64,000 bases of DNA, from contig CAVUHW010000022.1 in NCBI GenBank assembly GCA_963741205.1, positions 96,001-160,000 of the forward strand, read 5' to 3'. Within the stretch, counting starts at the first letter, position 1, and each line of letters starts with the position of its first letter. Of the stretch, positions 52,414 to 63,380 are shown in pieces. Source of the DNA: Nitrospirota bacterium (GTDB taxonomy: Bacteria > Nitrospirota > UBA9217). The position numbers and the translations under genes were made by a program. Under the pieces are notes generated by a model, which worked only from the letters and a program-made list of their open reading frames with translations, searched no databases and had not been told where the DNA came from.

Positions 52414-54314
52414 CTACTCCCTGAACGACATGGTCAGTTCGTAGATTCCGCCCTCACTCCTCTTCTCGAGGTTGAATCCCGCTTTTTCGAACAGCTGGAG
52501 CATATGCGTATTTTCCATCAACACCGCCGCCGTAAAGCCGAGAAGGCCTTTTTTCCTTGCGAGGTATGTAACATAGGAAAGCAGCACTGCGCCGATGCCC
52601 CTGCCTTGGTATACGTCGCGCACCACGAAGGCTGCCTCGGCGGTATGTTTGGTCTCGTCGATCAGGTACTGGGCCATGCCTACGATGAGCTCCGTCCCCT
52701 CATGCTGGATCACGGCGAGGATCACCATCTCCTTGGTGTAGTCGATCACCACGAAGGGCTGCAGCCGTTCATGGTGCATATCCTTGCGCGTTGACATGAA
52801 ACGACGGTACATGGAGTCGTTCGAGAGAGAATAAAAGAAGTCCTTCAGAAGGTGTTCGTCGGAGAGCTTCACCGGGCGCAGAAAGATATTCAAACCGGTG
52901 AACGTCGTTTTGTAGGTTTCGAGCTCCTCGGGGTATACACCCTGCACGCCGGGAATGAATGCCTGGTCCTTATAGATGAGCCTCGCGCTCCTTGGCCCGC
53001 TCGATGAGCTGTTCCCGGAACTTCGGGTGGGCGATCGCGATGAGGTCCATGGCGCGTTCGCGGATGTTCTTGCCGTGGAGGTAGGCAATGCCGTATTCCG
53101 TGACCACGTAGTGGACATCTCCGCGGGAGAGCGTCACGCCGGCGCCCTCCATGCAGGAAGGGAACGATGCGCGACACTTCGCCGTCCTCCGCCGTGGACT
53201 GGAGCGCCAGGATCGTCTTACCGCCCCGGGACAGGATGGCGCCGCGCATGAAGTCGGCCTGGCCGCCGATGCCGCTGTAGAAGGGCGTTGCCGAGGGACT
53301 CGGCCGTCGCCTGTCCCGTGAGGTCGATCTCGAGGGCGCTGTTGATGGCGGTCATGTTCTTCTGGCGCGCCAGGACCGTCGGATTGTTGGTATAGTTCAC
53401 GGGCCGGAATTCGATGGCCGGGTTGTCGTGGAGGTAGTCGTACGTGTCGCGTTTGCCCATGCAGAAGGCGGCCACGGTCTTGCCGCGGTTCAGCTCCTTG
53501 CGGGAGTTGTCGATGACGCGCTGCCGCATCAGCTCGACGATGCCGTCGGTGAGGAGCTCGGTGTGCACGCCCAGGTGCTCTTTGTTCTTGAGGTGGGCGA
53601 GGATCGCGTTCGGGATGCTCCCGTAGCCGACCTGGATCGTGTCGCCGTCCTGAACGATGCGCGCGACGTAGGTGCCGATCTTCTGGCTGATCTCGTCCGC
53701 AACATTGTCCTCGTACTCCAGGAGCGGCTCGTCGCAGGGAATGATGAAGTCCACGTCCTTGATGTTGATGAAGGTTTCGCCGAGGACCCGCGGCATGCGG
53801 GGGTTCACCTGGGCGATGACGAGGGGGGCGTTCTCCGTCGCGGCCTTCACGATGTCCACGCTGATGCCAAGGCTCATGAAGCCGTGCTCGTCAGGGAGCG
53901 AGGTCTGGATCAGGGCCACGTCAACGGGCACGAGTTTTTTCTGGAACAGGTCGGGCACCTGGGACAGAAAGACGGGCGTATAGTCCGCAAGCCCCTGGTT
54001 GACCGCTTCGCGGGTGTTGTTGCCGATGAAAAAGGAATTGTGCCGGAAGTTGTCCTTGAACTTCTGCGTCCGCGTAGGGCGCAACGCCCAGGGTCCAGAC
54101 CTGGAGCAGCTCTGCGTCGAAAAAGGCCTTGGGATTGGACCGGACGTAGTTGATGAGCGCCTGGACCAGGCACTGCGGCTCGCCGCAGCCCGTGCCGATA
54201 AAGATCCGGTTCCCGGGATGGATGGCGCTGAAGATCCGCTGCTCCGACGGGAATTTCTCGGGATAGAGCGCTTTGATATGCGGCGATTTTGTCCAGCCAA
54301 TTTTCAGCAGTCAT
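52414..54314 (-). CDS. Acetyl-CoA hydrolase/transferase fused to a C-terminal GNAT domain; indels
   Basis: SLGISVD, IQVGYGSIP, HTE, INSALEIDLTGQ, YVVTEYG, then AEAAFVVRDVYQGRGIG. Confidence 0.88.
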
Positions 54315-54458
54315 CGACGTTGCGCCTCCCGTGCCTCATCCTTCTCGTCATGAAGTATAGCAGAAGGGCGGCGATTCGTGGTACGCGGGATGCGCAAAGC
54401 GGTCGATATTTTCCTCGCCCTTGACCCTTCGCTGTTTCTCAACTACACTTAATCCATC

Positions 54459-56621
54459 ATGCTCGAATCCCTCTTCAACCCCGCCGCAATTGCGGTAGTC
54501 GGCGCGTCAGCGTGATGAAAAAAAAGTGGGCCACTCGGTCCTCCGGAATCTCTGTCGGTTCAGATTCCCCGGTCGTCTCTATCCCGTCAATCCGTCCGGC
54601 GGCGAGATCCTCGGGCTCAAGGCATACGCGAAAGTATCGGACATCGGGCAGCCCGTCGACCTCGCGGTCATCGTCATCCCGGCGCACTTCGTTCCCGCCG
54701 CGCTCCGGGAGTGCGCGGCAGCGGGGATCAAGTCGGCCATTGTCATCAGCGCGGGGTTCAAGGAGGCGGGCAAGGAAGGCACGCTGCTCGAGGAAGAGCT
54801 GAAAGCAGATCGGTAAGGAGCAGGGCATCCGCATCCTGGGGCCGAACTGCCTCGGCCTCATCAACACCGCGAACGACATGAACGCCACCTTCGCCGCGGA
54901 CATGCTGCCCAGAGGCACGATCGGCTTTTTTTCCCAGTCCGGCGCCATGGGAATCGCCATCATGGACTGGGCCATCGGCAACGAGGTGGGGTTTTCGAAA
55001 TTCATCAGCCTCGGGAACAAGGCCGACCTCTCGGAGATCGACTTCATCGAGTATTTCATGAACGATCCCGACACGAGCCTCATACTGGGCTACATCGAGG
55101 ACGTGGTGGACGGCAGGCGCTTCATGGAGATCGCCGCAAAGGCCACCAAGGTCAAGCCCGTCATCCTCCTGAAGTCCGGCGGCACCGAGGCCGGCGCGCG
55201 CGCGGCCTCGTCCCACACCGGCGCGCTTGCCGGGTCGGACACCGCCTTCGATGCGGCCTTCAAGCAGACCGGCGTGATGCGGGCCCAGGGCGTGCAGGAC
55301 CTGTTCGATACGGCGCTTGCCTTTGCCGAGGGGAAGATCCCGGCGGGGAACGGCCTGCTGGTCATCACGAACGCCGGCGGACCGGGCATCATCGCCGCGG
55401 ACACCGCGGAGCGGCTCGGCGTGGAGCTGCCGCACATGACCAAGGAAAGCATCACCGCAATGGCCACAGAAACTCCCGCCGAACGCCACGGTCTTCAACC
55501 CCGTGGATGTGATCGGCGACGCCACGTCCGAGCGGTACGCGGCCGTGCTCGAGCAGGCGGCAAAGGACCCGAACGTGGACGGCATCCTCGTGATCCTGAC
55601 GCCCCAGGCCATGACGGACATGGAGAAGACGGCCGACGTGGTCATTGCCGCGGCGAGGTCCACGGACAAACCGGTCATCACGTCCTTCATGGGCGAAAAG
55701 CGGGTGCGCCCGGCCATCGACAAGCTGAAGGACGCGTCGGTCCCGAACTTCTCCTATCCCGAGCTTGCGGTCAAGGCGTTCAAGAGGCTGTCGGACCAGC
55801 GGTCATGGAAGAATGAACAGCCCGAAGAGCTGGTGACCAGCTGGTACAACTTCGACGCGGCGGCCGAGACCGTCTCGTCCATCCTCAGGTCGGGCGTCTA
55901 TCAGGTCGGCGAAGAAGAGGCCATGCGGATCCTCACCTATTACGGATTCCAGTTCCCGAAGCGCGCCCTGGCCCGGACCTCGCGCGAGGCGGCCCAGCAG
56001 GCGTCGAGGATCGGGTTCCCGGTGGTGATGAAGATCTCCTCGCCCGACATCCTGCACAAGACCGACGTGGGCGGCGTGCGCGTGAACGTCAAGACGCCGA
56101 AGGAGGCGGAGGAGGCCTTCACGGAGATCACCGCGAACGCGCGGCGCATCATGCGCGACGCCTTCATCAAGGGCGTGATGGTCTACGAGATGGTGAAGGG
56201 CGGCAAGGAAGTGATCCTCGGCGTCACCTATGACCGGACCTTCGGCCACATGATCATGTTCGGCCTGGGCGGCATCTACGTGGAGGTCCTGAAGGACGTG
56301 TCGTTCAGGATCGTGCCCGTGGCCCGGCGGGACGCCCTCGCCATGGTGAACGAGATCAGGACCGTGGGCCTCCTGCGCGGCGCGCGCGGGGAGCGGCCGG
56401 CTGACATCGACGCCATCGCGACCAATATCGTGAACCTCTCGTGCCTGGTCACCGATTTTCCCGAGATCCAGGAACTGGACATCAATCCGCTTATGGTGAT
56501 GGAAAAGGGCGCAGTGGCGCTCGATGCGAGGATCATCTTCAAGCAGCCGGAGAGTAAGGGCAAAATAACAATAAGGCGTCTGCCGAAACAGAGGGACACC
56601 GTGCATGGCAGAGCACAATGA
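54459..56621 (+). CDS. ADP-forming acetate/acyl-CoA ligase, fused alpha+beta; indels; stop uncertain
   Basis: GPNCLG, SQSGA, SLGNKAD, SHTGALAG, TNAGGPG, HKTDVGGV and LDINPL motifs. Confidence 0.92.
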
Positions 56622-56651
56622 GGATGCAGGCAGAAGGACACAGAGTATAAG

Positions 56652-57021
56652 ATGAATGATCCTTTGACTGAACAGATAAGTAGCCGCTGTAATAGGAGTA
56701 CATCGTATCTAAGGGCCTGGTTTATTGGAATGCAATTTGCGAAGAGGCTTTCTGTCATGAACTATCGCTCAGAAGGATGCTTAGTAGAACGGCAAAAAGA
56801 AGTTGACGTGATTTACAAAGATAAAATCATCAAAGGGCAGCGTCTTGATCTAGTCGTAAACAAAGAAGTTGTCGTAGAAGTCAAATCCGTACGCAAGTCT
56901 ACGGACGATGTTCTACGCTGAATTGTCATCGTATCTCAAGGGCACCGGACTTAGTCGAGGATTGCTGATCAATTTTGGCGAAAAGAGACTCATCGATGGT
57001 GTTAAACGCATTTCGCTTTGA
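56652..57021 (+). CDS. GxxExxY family (PD-(D/E)XK-like) protein, disrupted by indels
   Basis: RLDLVVNKEVVVEVKSV, then in another frame SYLKGTGLSRGLLINFG; AT-rich. Confidence 0.7.
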
Positions 57022-57102
57022 CGGCCATTTTGTTTATTCGGTTTCCTCTGTGGTCTCTGTGCCCTCTGTGGCAAAAAATTCTGCGATCTTAAGGAGGCTT
57101 AC

Positions 57103-58158
57103 ATGATCCCCATATTCATCGCATCCAATACCGGCTATTCAGGCCGGACCTTCGTTTCCCTCGGTCTCGCCATGAAGCTCATCGAACAGGGCTACAAGGT
57201 TGGGTACCTGAAGCCCATCGGCAAGGTGCCGGTGAAGAAGGGCAAGAACGTCTACGACGCAGACGCCCTGTTCATCAAGGAGACGCTCAGGCTCGAGGAG
57301 CCGATGGAGGTGATCTCGCCCTTTGTCCAGACCTACGAGAGCCAGACCCTGCTCTTTCAAGGCAGCCTCGGGGACGTGAGAAAAGACATCCTCGGCGCGT
57401 TCAAGACCCTCAAGAAGAAGGATTTCGTCATCATCGGCGGGGCGAGCGACCTGTTCGATGGATCTCTCCTGGGCGTGAATGCCCTCTCTCTCATAAGCGA
57501 CATGAAGGCATACCTTTTCATGGTCGAACCCTGGCGCGGCGAGACCTCGGCGGACGTGCTCTACGGCGCGTACAAGCTCCTGGGCGAGCGGTTCGCGGGC
57601 GGCGTCATCAACAAGGTGCCGGTGAGCGCGGTTTCCCACGTGCGGGAGACCGTGCGGCCCTTCCTGGAGAAGAAAGGCGTCAGGGTCTTCGGCGTCTTTG
57701 CCAAGGACCACACTCTTGAGGCCGTGACCGTGCGCCAGTTAATCGACATTTTGAACGGGAAGGTGCTCTGCTGCGAGGACCGCCTTGATGAATACGTCGA
57801 GAATTTCTCCGTGGGCGCCATGGACGTCGACAGCGCCCTCGCCTATTTCCGGAGAATCCCGAACAAGGCCGTGATCACCGGCGCGCACCGCTCCGACATC
57901 CAGCTCGCGGCAATGGAGACTTCGACGCGGTGCATCATCCTGACCGGCGGCCTCACAACGAACGATGTCGTCATCGGCAAGGCCCAGGCCAAGGGCATCC
58001 CCATCATCTCCGTCGCGGACGACACCTTCACCACCATCGACAGGATCGAGGTGAGCATGGGCAAGACGAGCATCCGGGAAAAGCGGAAAGTGGACCGGGT
58101 GAAGGAGTTGATGGACGTCGAATTCGACATCAAGCGGTTTTTGAAGAGCGTGAAATGA
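57103..58158 (+). CDS. Phosphotransacetylase N-terminal-like (BioD-like + DRTGG) protein
   Basis: VGYLKPIG, VGAM, AVITGAHRSDIQLAA and ILTGG motifs. Confidence 0.88.
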   Translation: MIPIFIASNTGYSGRTFVSLGLAMKLIEQGYKVGYLKPIGKVPVKKGKNVYDADALFIKETLRLEEPMEVISPFVQTYESQTLLFQGSLGDVRKDILGAFKTLKKKDFVIIGGASDLFDGSLLGVNALSLISDMKAYLFMVEPWRGETSADVLYGAYKLLGERFAGGVINKVPVSAVSHVRETVRPFLEKKGVRVFGVFAKDHTLEAVTVRQLIDILNGKVLCCEDRLDEYVENFSVGAMDVDSALAYFRRIPNKAVITGAHRSDIQLAAMETSTRCIILTGGLTTNDVVIGKAQAKGIPIISVADDTFTTIDRIEVSMGKTSIREKRKVDRVKELMDVEFDIKRFLKSVK

Positions 58159-58159
58159 G

Positions 58160-58314
58160 GGGAGCGAGGGGCAAGTAGACAGTGGCAAGTGGACAAGTAG
58201 CAAGTGGCATGGAGCAAGCAGGTAGCCAGCAGCGTAGCAAGTGAGCAGGAAAAACCGGATTTTGCTTTTCCTTGCTACATGCTACTTGCCCCTCGCTACA
58301 CACCCCTTGCTACT
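58160..58314. repeat. 7-bp-periodic inverted intergenic repeat
   Basis: (caagtag/caagtgg)n facing (ctacttg/cttgcta)n. Confidence 0.7.
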
Positions 58315-58377
58315 GGTCCCTCGAAAATGCCCCTTTCCTTCTTGACACCCCCCGCTATTAATGCTATTTTTTTGACC

Positions 58378-59262
58378 ATGCTTATTTATCTTAACGGCCA
58401 TTTTGTGGCGAAGGAACAGGCCCTCGTATCGGTATTCGACCACGGATTTCTCTACGGCGACGGCATCTATGAGACTGTCCGCGCTTACGGAGGCCGGATC
58501 TTTCTGCTCAAGAAACATCTTGCCCGCCTGAAGCGCTCGGCAGCCGCCATATCCCTGAAGCTTCCCCTGCCTCTCGAAGAAATCGGCGATGCGCTGAACG
58601 AATCGCTGAACGTCAACAAACTTCAGGAAGCCTATGTCCGGCTCCAAATCTCGCGCGGGCCCGGTGAGATCGGGCTCGACCCAGCCCTCTGCCCCGCTCC
58701 CACAGTCGTCATCGTGGCAAAACCATTCCACGACTATCCGGCCGCGGACTACGAGCGCGGCGTCAGGGTCGCCATCGTCAAAACGCGACGAAACCATCCT
58801 CTTGCGCTCGCCCCGTCCATCAAAGGCACGAACTTCCTGAACAACATCCTCGCCAAGATCGAGGCGATCAAGGCCGGCGCCTACGAAGGGATCATGCTTA
58901 ACTGGGAGGGCTATGTGGCCGAGGGCACAATCTGCAACATCTTCGCCGTAAAGAAAGGGGCACTGCTCACGCCGCACCTGGACACCGGCATCCTCGAGGG
59001 CGTGACCCGCGATCTCGTGCTCCGCCTGGCGAAGCGAAACAAGGTCTCCGTAAGGGAAGTTCTCATGAGGCCAAAGGACCTTCTTTCCGCCGAGGAGTGC
59101 TTCATCACGAACACCACCATGGAGATCATGCCGGTCAGGTCCATTGATAAAAAAACCGTGGGAAGCGGCAGACCCGGTCCTGTCACTGCTCTCTTGCACG
59201 AGGCCTACCGGAAAGAGGTGCTCGCATGTTTAAAAACGCAGGAGAGCTGGCACAGGCCATAG
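58378..59262 (+). CDS. ilvE: Class IV PLP aminotransferase (branched-chain/D-amino-acid)
   Basis: DHGFLYGDGIYE, HLARL, EGTICN, GILEGVTR and GRPGPVT motifs. Confidence 0.85.
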   Translation: MLIYLNGHFVAKEQALVSVFDHGFLYGDGIYETVRAYGGRIFLLKKHLARLKRSAAAISLKLPLPLEEIGDALNESLNVNKLQEAYVRLQISRGPGEIGLDPALCPAPTVVIVAKPFHDYPAADYERGVRVAIVKTRRNHPLALAPSIKGTNFLNNILAKIEAIKAGAYEGIMLNWEGYVAEGTICNIFAVKKGALLTPHLDTGILEGVTRDLVLRLAKRNKVSVREVLMRPKDLLSAEECFITNTTMEIMPVRSIDKKTVGSGRPGPVTALLHEAYRKEVLACLKTQESWHRP

Positions 59263-59915
59263 ACCACACGCTGGTGCGTCCCGACGCAACGCTCGACGAC
59301 CTTGCCGCAGCCTGCGAAGAGGCGAAGAAATACGGCTTTACCTGCGTTGTGGTGCAGGGCTGCCACGTGACCCGGGCGCGGGAGCTTCTGGACGGCACGC
59401 TGGTGAAAGTGTGCTCGGTCGTGGGGTTCCCTCACGGGGCGAACACGACGACGGTGAAGATCGTGGAGGCTATGGAGGCCATGAAAAACGGCGCCAGCGA
59501 GCTCGACGTGGTCGTGAACATCGGCATGGTGAAGTCGGGCAGATATGACCTGGCGGAGATCGACATCAAGAACGTCATCGCCATGACTCAGGGGAAGGTC
59601 CACAAGGTTATCCTCGAGACCGGGATGCTCACCGAAGACGAGATCATCCGCGTCTGCGAGATCTCGATGCGCGCCGGGGCAGAGTTCGTGAAGACATCGA
59701 CGGGCTACGGCCCCCGGGGCGCGACCGTGGAGGACGTGCGGCTCATCCGCGGCATCGTCGGTTCCGTCTGCCGCGTGAAGGCCTCGGGCGGTATCAGGGA
59801 CCTCGCGGCGGCCACGGCCATGGTCGGGGCAGGCGCCGAGAGGATCGGAACGAGCTCGGGGCCGGCGATCATGGAAGAATATCTTAGATCTTCGCTCGCG
59901 GCTCATAGCTCTTAG
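59226..59915 (+). CDS. deoC: Deoxyribose-phosphate aldolase
   Basis: IDHTL, VVGFPHG, KVILETG, VKTSTG, KASGGIR and RIGTSS motifs. Confidence 0.95.
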   Translation: MFKNAGELAQAIDHTLVRPDATLDDLAAACEEAKKYGFTCVVVQGCHVTRARELLDGTLVKVCSVVGFPHGANTTTVKIVEAMEAMKNGASELDVVVNIGMVKSGRYDLAEIDIKNVIAMTQGKVHKVILETGMLTEDEIIRVCEISMRAGAEFVKTSTGYGPRGATVEDVRLIRGIVGSVCRVKASGGIRDLAAATAMVGAGAERIGTSSGPAIMEEYLRSSLAAHSS

Positions 59916-59992
59916 CTTCACCGATCAGCTATGAACCATCAACTATCAGCTGGTTTTTTACTCTATAACTTCTATGGCAAAAGACTAATACG

Positions 59993-61286
59993 TTAAATCT
60001 CCCACGGATAGCCGATGAATATCGCCGGAGAAAACCCTTCCCTGCCGAACCCGAGATCGCCCCGAAACACGACCCCCGACGCCGTCACGATCCTCAGGCC
60101 TACGCCGTAGGCGTCGCGCATGATTTTGCCCAGCTCGCTCCGCAGGTCCTCAGTGCTCCCGATCTCGTAGAAGGCGGAAATCTGCACGGCGGTGCGCACG
60201 TCCTTCATGATGAAGATATTGTAGGGGGTCCTCTCGTCGGTCAGGTTCCATCGGATCTCGGTCCCGTAGAACTCGGTGTGAGCGCCCTGGAACCGGCCTT
60301 GCGGATAGGCCCGCAGGCGGCTGAAGCCGCCCAACTGCGTCGCGGTCCCGTATTTGTTGTTCGCAATTTGATTATTGATCACTTCAAAGCAGAAGTTTCT
60401 TTGTTCGGGATCAGAGACGGTGTTGCAATCCAGTCCCTGCTCCTCCTGGAGTTTAACCGGGTCCGTCTCGCCCTGTCTCGTGACGACGGCGTCCGAGCGC
60501 AGGAAATTGAACGCCCAGGTACTGCGCCTTCCGAGGGGGAAATAGGCCGTCGTGTTGTAGTCCATCACGTAAAAGTCCGGGCCGGATCCCCGGGGCGGCG
60601 TGTGAGTGCGGGTGACGTCGAACCTGATTCCTTTGCGCGGATCCGAATAGTCGTCGGTCAGGTCGAGGCGTGTTCCGTATAAGAAGGTGCTGCCGCGCTG
60701 GCGGGGCGCGTTCTGCGCAGCGATAATGACGTTGCTGTCCTTGTCCCGGATGCTCTTCAGCTTCGAAGCGCCCTCGTACCAGGCGCCGTAGATCTCGAAG
60801 CGGCGCTCGAAGAACGTGGCCGTCATCCTGGCCCCGTAGTATACCGTATCTCCGAATTCGATCAACCGAAAATCGTTCTTGTCCGTGTTCATGCCCCGCT
60901 GGGCGTAGCTCTGGATCGATGCCTCGCTGATCGCGCTGAAACCCGTGTCAATGATGAGCGTGCGGGGAATGAGGTGGATGTCCGCCACGCCGACGGCTTC
61001 ACCCCTTACCTGGCCGGTGAAGAGGATGCCGTAGGCGTCCGTGTAGGTGTCCGCGATGTTCATGGCGCCGCCCACAAGTCCGATCCCGGAGCCGATGCCG
61101 GGAAGGCTGTAGGGGTAGGGGAAGAGGGCGTAGCCGAAGTCGGTCCTGAACTGGGGTTTTCTTCGGTCGGGAACGAGGGGAAACTCGGTAGACCCTTCGA
61201 CGGAGACCTCTGCAGCGCTGGAAACGGATGCGAAGGCAAGAAGGATGGACAGGGCAAAGAAGAAGCAGTCTCACATTTTTCCGCAT
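59993..61286 (-). CDS. Omp85/BamA-TamA-family outer-membrane beta-barrel; 5' indels
   Basis: LGGFSRLRAYPQGRF, YGVGLR and FRGDLGFG; aromatic C-terminus; signal peptide. Confidence 0.7.
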
Positions 61287-61567
61287 CGTAATCATTCTTC
61301 TTGCTACGCTCAGTATTTTTAAGCAACGGATTAACGATTATCCAACCGATCTGCGACATCGGCCGTGCGTCAAAAAACGTCAATTTCCGTTCAATTATAG
61401 CAAAAGATTTTCAATGGGACGATCTAAAGAAATGGCAATAATTATTCGATGCTCTTTCAAGCGGGGTTTGGCTGGAAGGAGGATTCGAAAAAGACGGGTA
61501 TCTTACCGTAACCTGTATTTGTGCGGGAACAAGGGCCTTGTATTGTCCAAGGCCCTTGTGCCGTGCT

Positions 61568-61819
61568 TTACTTACATCCGCAGCCTTGCTCTGAAGCGCT
61601 CGCGACCGTCTCTGCCTGATCTACGATTGTCAAGGCAAATTGATCCATCTTAGCCGCCGCGCCCTTTCGAACAGCCTTTGCCACTTCGATTGCCGTGCCG
61701 ATTTCTTTTTCATCGGCCCCGGCCTGCCTTGCCGCGCTGACGTGATAGTTCAAGCACGGCTGGCAATTTGCCGTAACCGATGCTCCGACGGCGATCAGTT
61801 CCTTGATCCGAGTGTCCAT
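61568..61819 (-). CDS. AhpD/carboxymuconolactone decarboxylase family protein
   Basis: KELIAVGASVTANCQPCLNYH; Cys-containing tail GCGCK. Confidence 0.85.
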   Translation of the reverse strand: MDTRIKELIAVGASVTANCQPCLNYHVSAARQAGADEKEIGTAIEVAKAVRKGAAAKMDQFALTIVDQAETVASASEQGCGCK

Positions 61820-61883
61820 GGGTAATTCCCTTCGTTTCACATTATTTGGAGGGGCCTGTTTCTTCGCGTCTCCGGTCAGTTCA

Positions 61884-62027
61884 TCATGACCGCTGATGCT
61901 TTCCACCCATACAGCAACCCATCCCGGGCATCTTCCTCATCAGGAAAAAACAGAATACGAGCATCACGACCATCATGACCGGGACCATCCACCAAGAGCC
62001 GAGTCCAATGCCTGCGCAGGGGAACAT
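61884..62027 (-). CDS. Small Cys/Met-rich single-TM protein
   Basis: GGAGG RBS; WWMVPVMMVVMLVFCFFLMR..GMGCCMG. Confidence 0.5.
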   Translation of the reverse strand: MFPCAGIGLGSWWMVPVMMVVMLVFCFFLMRKMPGMGCCMGGKHQRS

Positions 62028-62222
62028 GAATATCACCTCCTCTCCGACCGTATAGACGAAAGCCGGAGGAGAAAGGATACACCTGGGCCATCCATATATG
62101 GTCATGAGGCAAGGCGTTCCCAATATGGCCGATAAAATATGAACGTCGCGAGTAAACAAGGATTGAAACCAGGCACGCTTGCCAGTTGAGGAATATTACA
62201 AAAACTGATGTTTATCGAGCTT

Positions 62223-62681
62223 TCATCGTTTGTTGGCGGGCAACGGACGGTGCTCCGCCTTGAGGTGTGTTCGGGCGGTGATAAAAAGAAGAAACGTCAT
62301 GACTGCCGATATCATGCAGTAAATGCAAAACGCATGGATGAAAGAAAACGAAACGTACATGAAGTAAACGGAGAAGGACACGCCGAGTGCCGCGTAGAGA
62401 AGCGCGCCCAAGCGTAAGCCGCGCGAAAAGGGATCGAGCGCAAGGAGCGCCGCCAAGGCGAACATATACAGATAGTAGACAAGGCCGAAATATCCCACCG
62501 GTACGCCGAAGATGCGGGCATAGGGGCTGCTGGCGACGATGTTGCATCCGTCGATGGGAGGGGGACACCATAAAAGCCTGCCGGTGTAGATGGCATAGGA
62601 ATCATAAAACGCATCGGCTATCCCGATGAACGCGAACACGAGCATGAGGTACGGGGCGACCGCGGTCTCTTTTGTATTCAT
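62223..62681 (-). CDS. Vitamin K epoxide reductase (VKOR) family protein
   Basis: C..C.IVASSPYA.IFGVPV and CIYC motifs. Confidence 0.9.
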   Translation of the reverse strand: MNTKETAVAPYLMLVFAFIGIADAFYDSYAIYTGRLLWCPPPIDGCNIVASSPYARIFGVPVGYFGLVYYLYMFALAALLALDPFSRGLRLGALLYAALGVSFSVYFMYVSFSFIHAFCIYCMISAVMTFLLFITARTHLKAEHRPLPANKR

Positions 62682-62797
62682 TTTGCTTCCTCCCTTCGGG
62701 AAATGAACCGTTATCGGTTCTCTTAATCCCGTAGACGAAAGCAGGGGAGAAAAGGATACAGCTTTTTTTCATGAACGTGAGGAAAGTTCGCGGCTGG

Positions 62798-63376
62798 TTA
62801 CTGAGGCGACTTGGGATGGCACATGAGCTCGTTACGCTCGTCGTGGTAGAAACTGCACTGGCACTGCATGGCCTTCCGCAGGCGGGCACGGGCGCGGTGG
62901 AGCCTGATTTTGACGGTCTCGACTGAAACACCGAGAATTGCGGCGATCTCGGGGTTCGTGAATTCGTCGAATTCACTCAGGACGAGGGCCATCCGGTAGT
63001 CCTGGGGCAATTGGTCCACGATGCCGCGGATGCACTCGTTCATCTCTTTGAGGATAAGCTTCTGATCAGTCCCCGGCTGGTCGGGGCTGGGGAGATCGAA
63101 TGTGGAATCCGCATCATCGAAGTGAATTTCCAGAAGCTTTTGCTTGAGCGGTCGTGAGCGCGTGTGATCGAAAGCAGTGTTCGTCGCGATCCGGTAGATC
63201 CAGGTGGCGAGGGATGACTCGCCGCGAAACCCGCTCAAGGCCTTGCCGACCTTGACGAAGACTTCCTGGGCCAGGTCCTCAGCGTCGTTTTCTCCCACCA
63301 ACCGGCCAAGATATCTCACGATCTTCGGCCAGTATTCATCATGGATCGTCTGAAAGTCATCGACACCAGTGATCAT
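62798..63376 (-). CDS. ECF RNA polymerase sigma factor with Cys-containing C-terminal tail
   Basis: DAEDLAQEVF, TWIYRIATN, VKIRLHRAR, tail CQCSFYHDERNELMC. Confidence 0.9.
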   Translation of the reverse strand: MITGVDDFQTIHDEYWPKIVRYLGRLVGENDAEDLAQEVFVKVGKALSGFRGESSLATWIYRIATNTAFDHTRSRPLKQKLLEIHFDDADSTFDLPSPDQPGTDQKLILKEMNECIRGIVDQLPQDYRMALVLSEFDEFTNPEIAAILGVSVETVKIRLHRARARLRKAMQCQCSFYHDERNELMCHPKSPQ

Positions 63377-63380
63377 GCCA

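Noticed and set aside
54512-54517. TGA near the start of the acetate-CoA ligase as selenocysteine
   Set aside because: Not a Cys position, no SECIS, and explained by an indel (GASRDEKKVGH)
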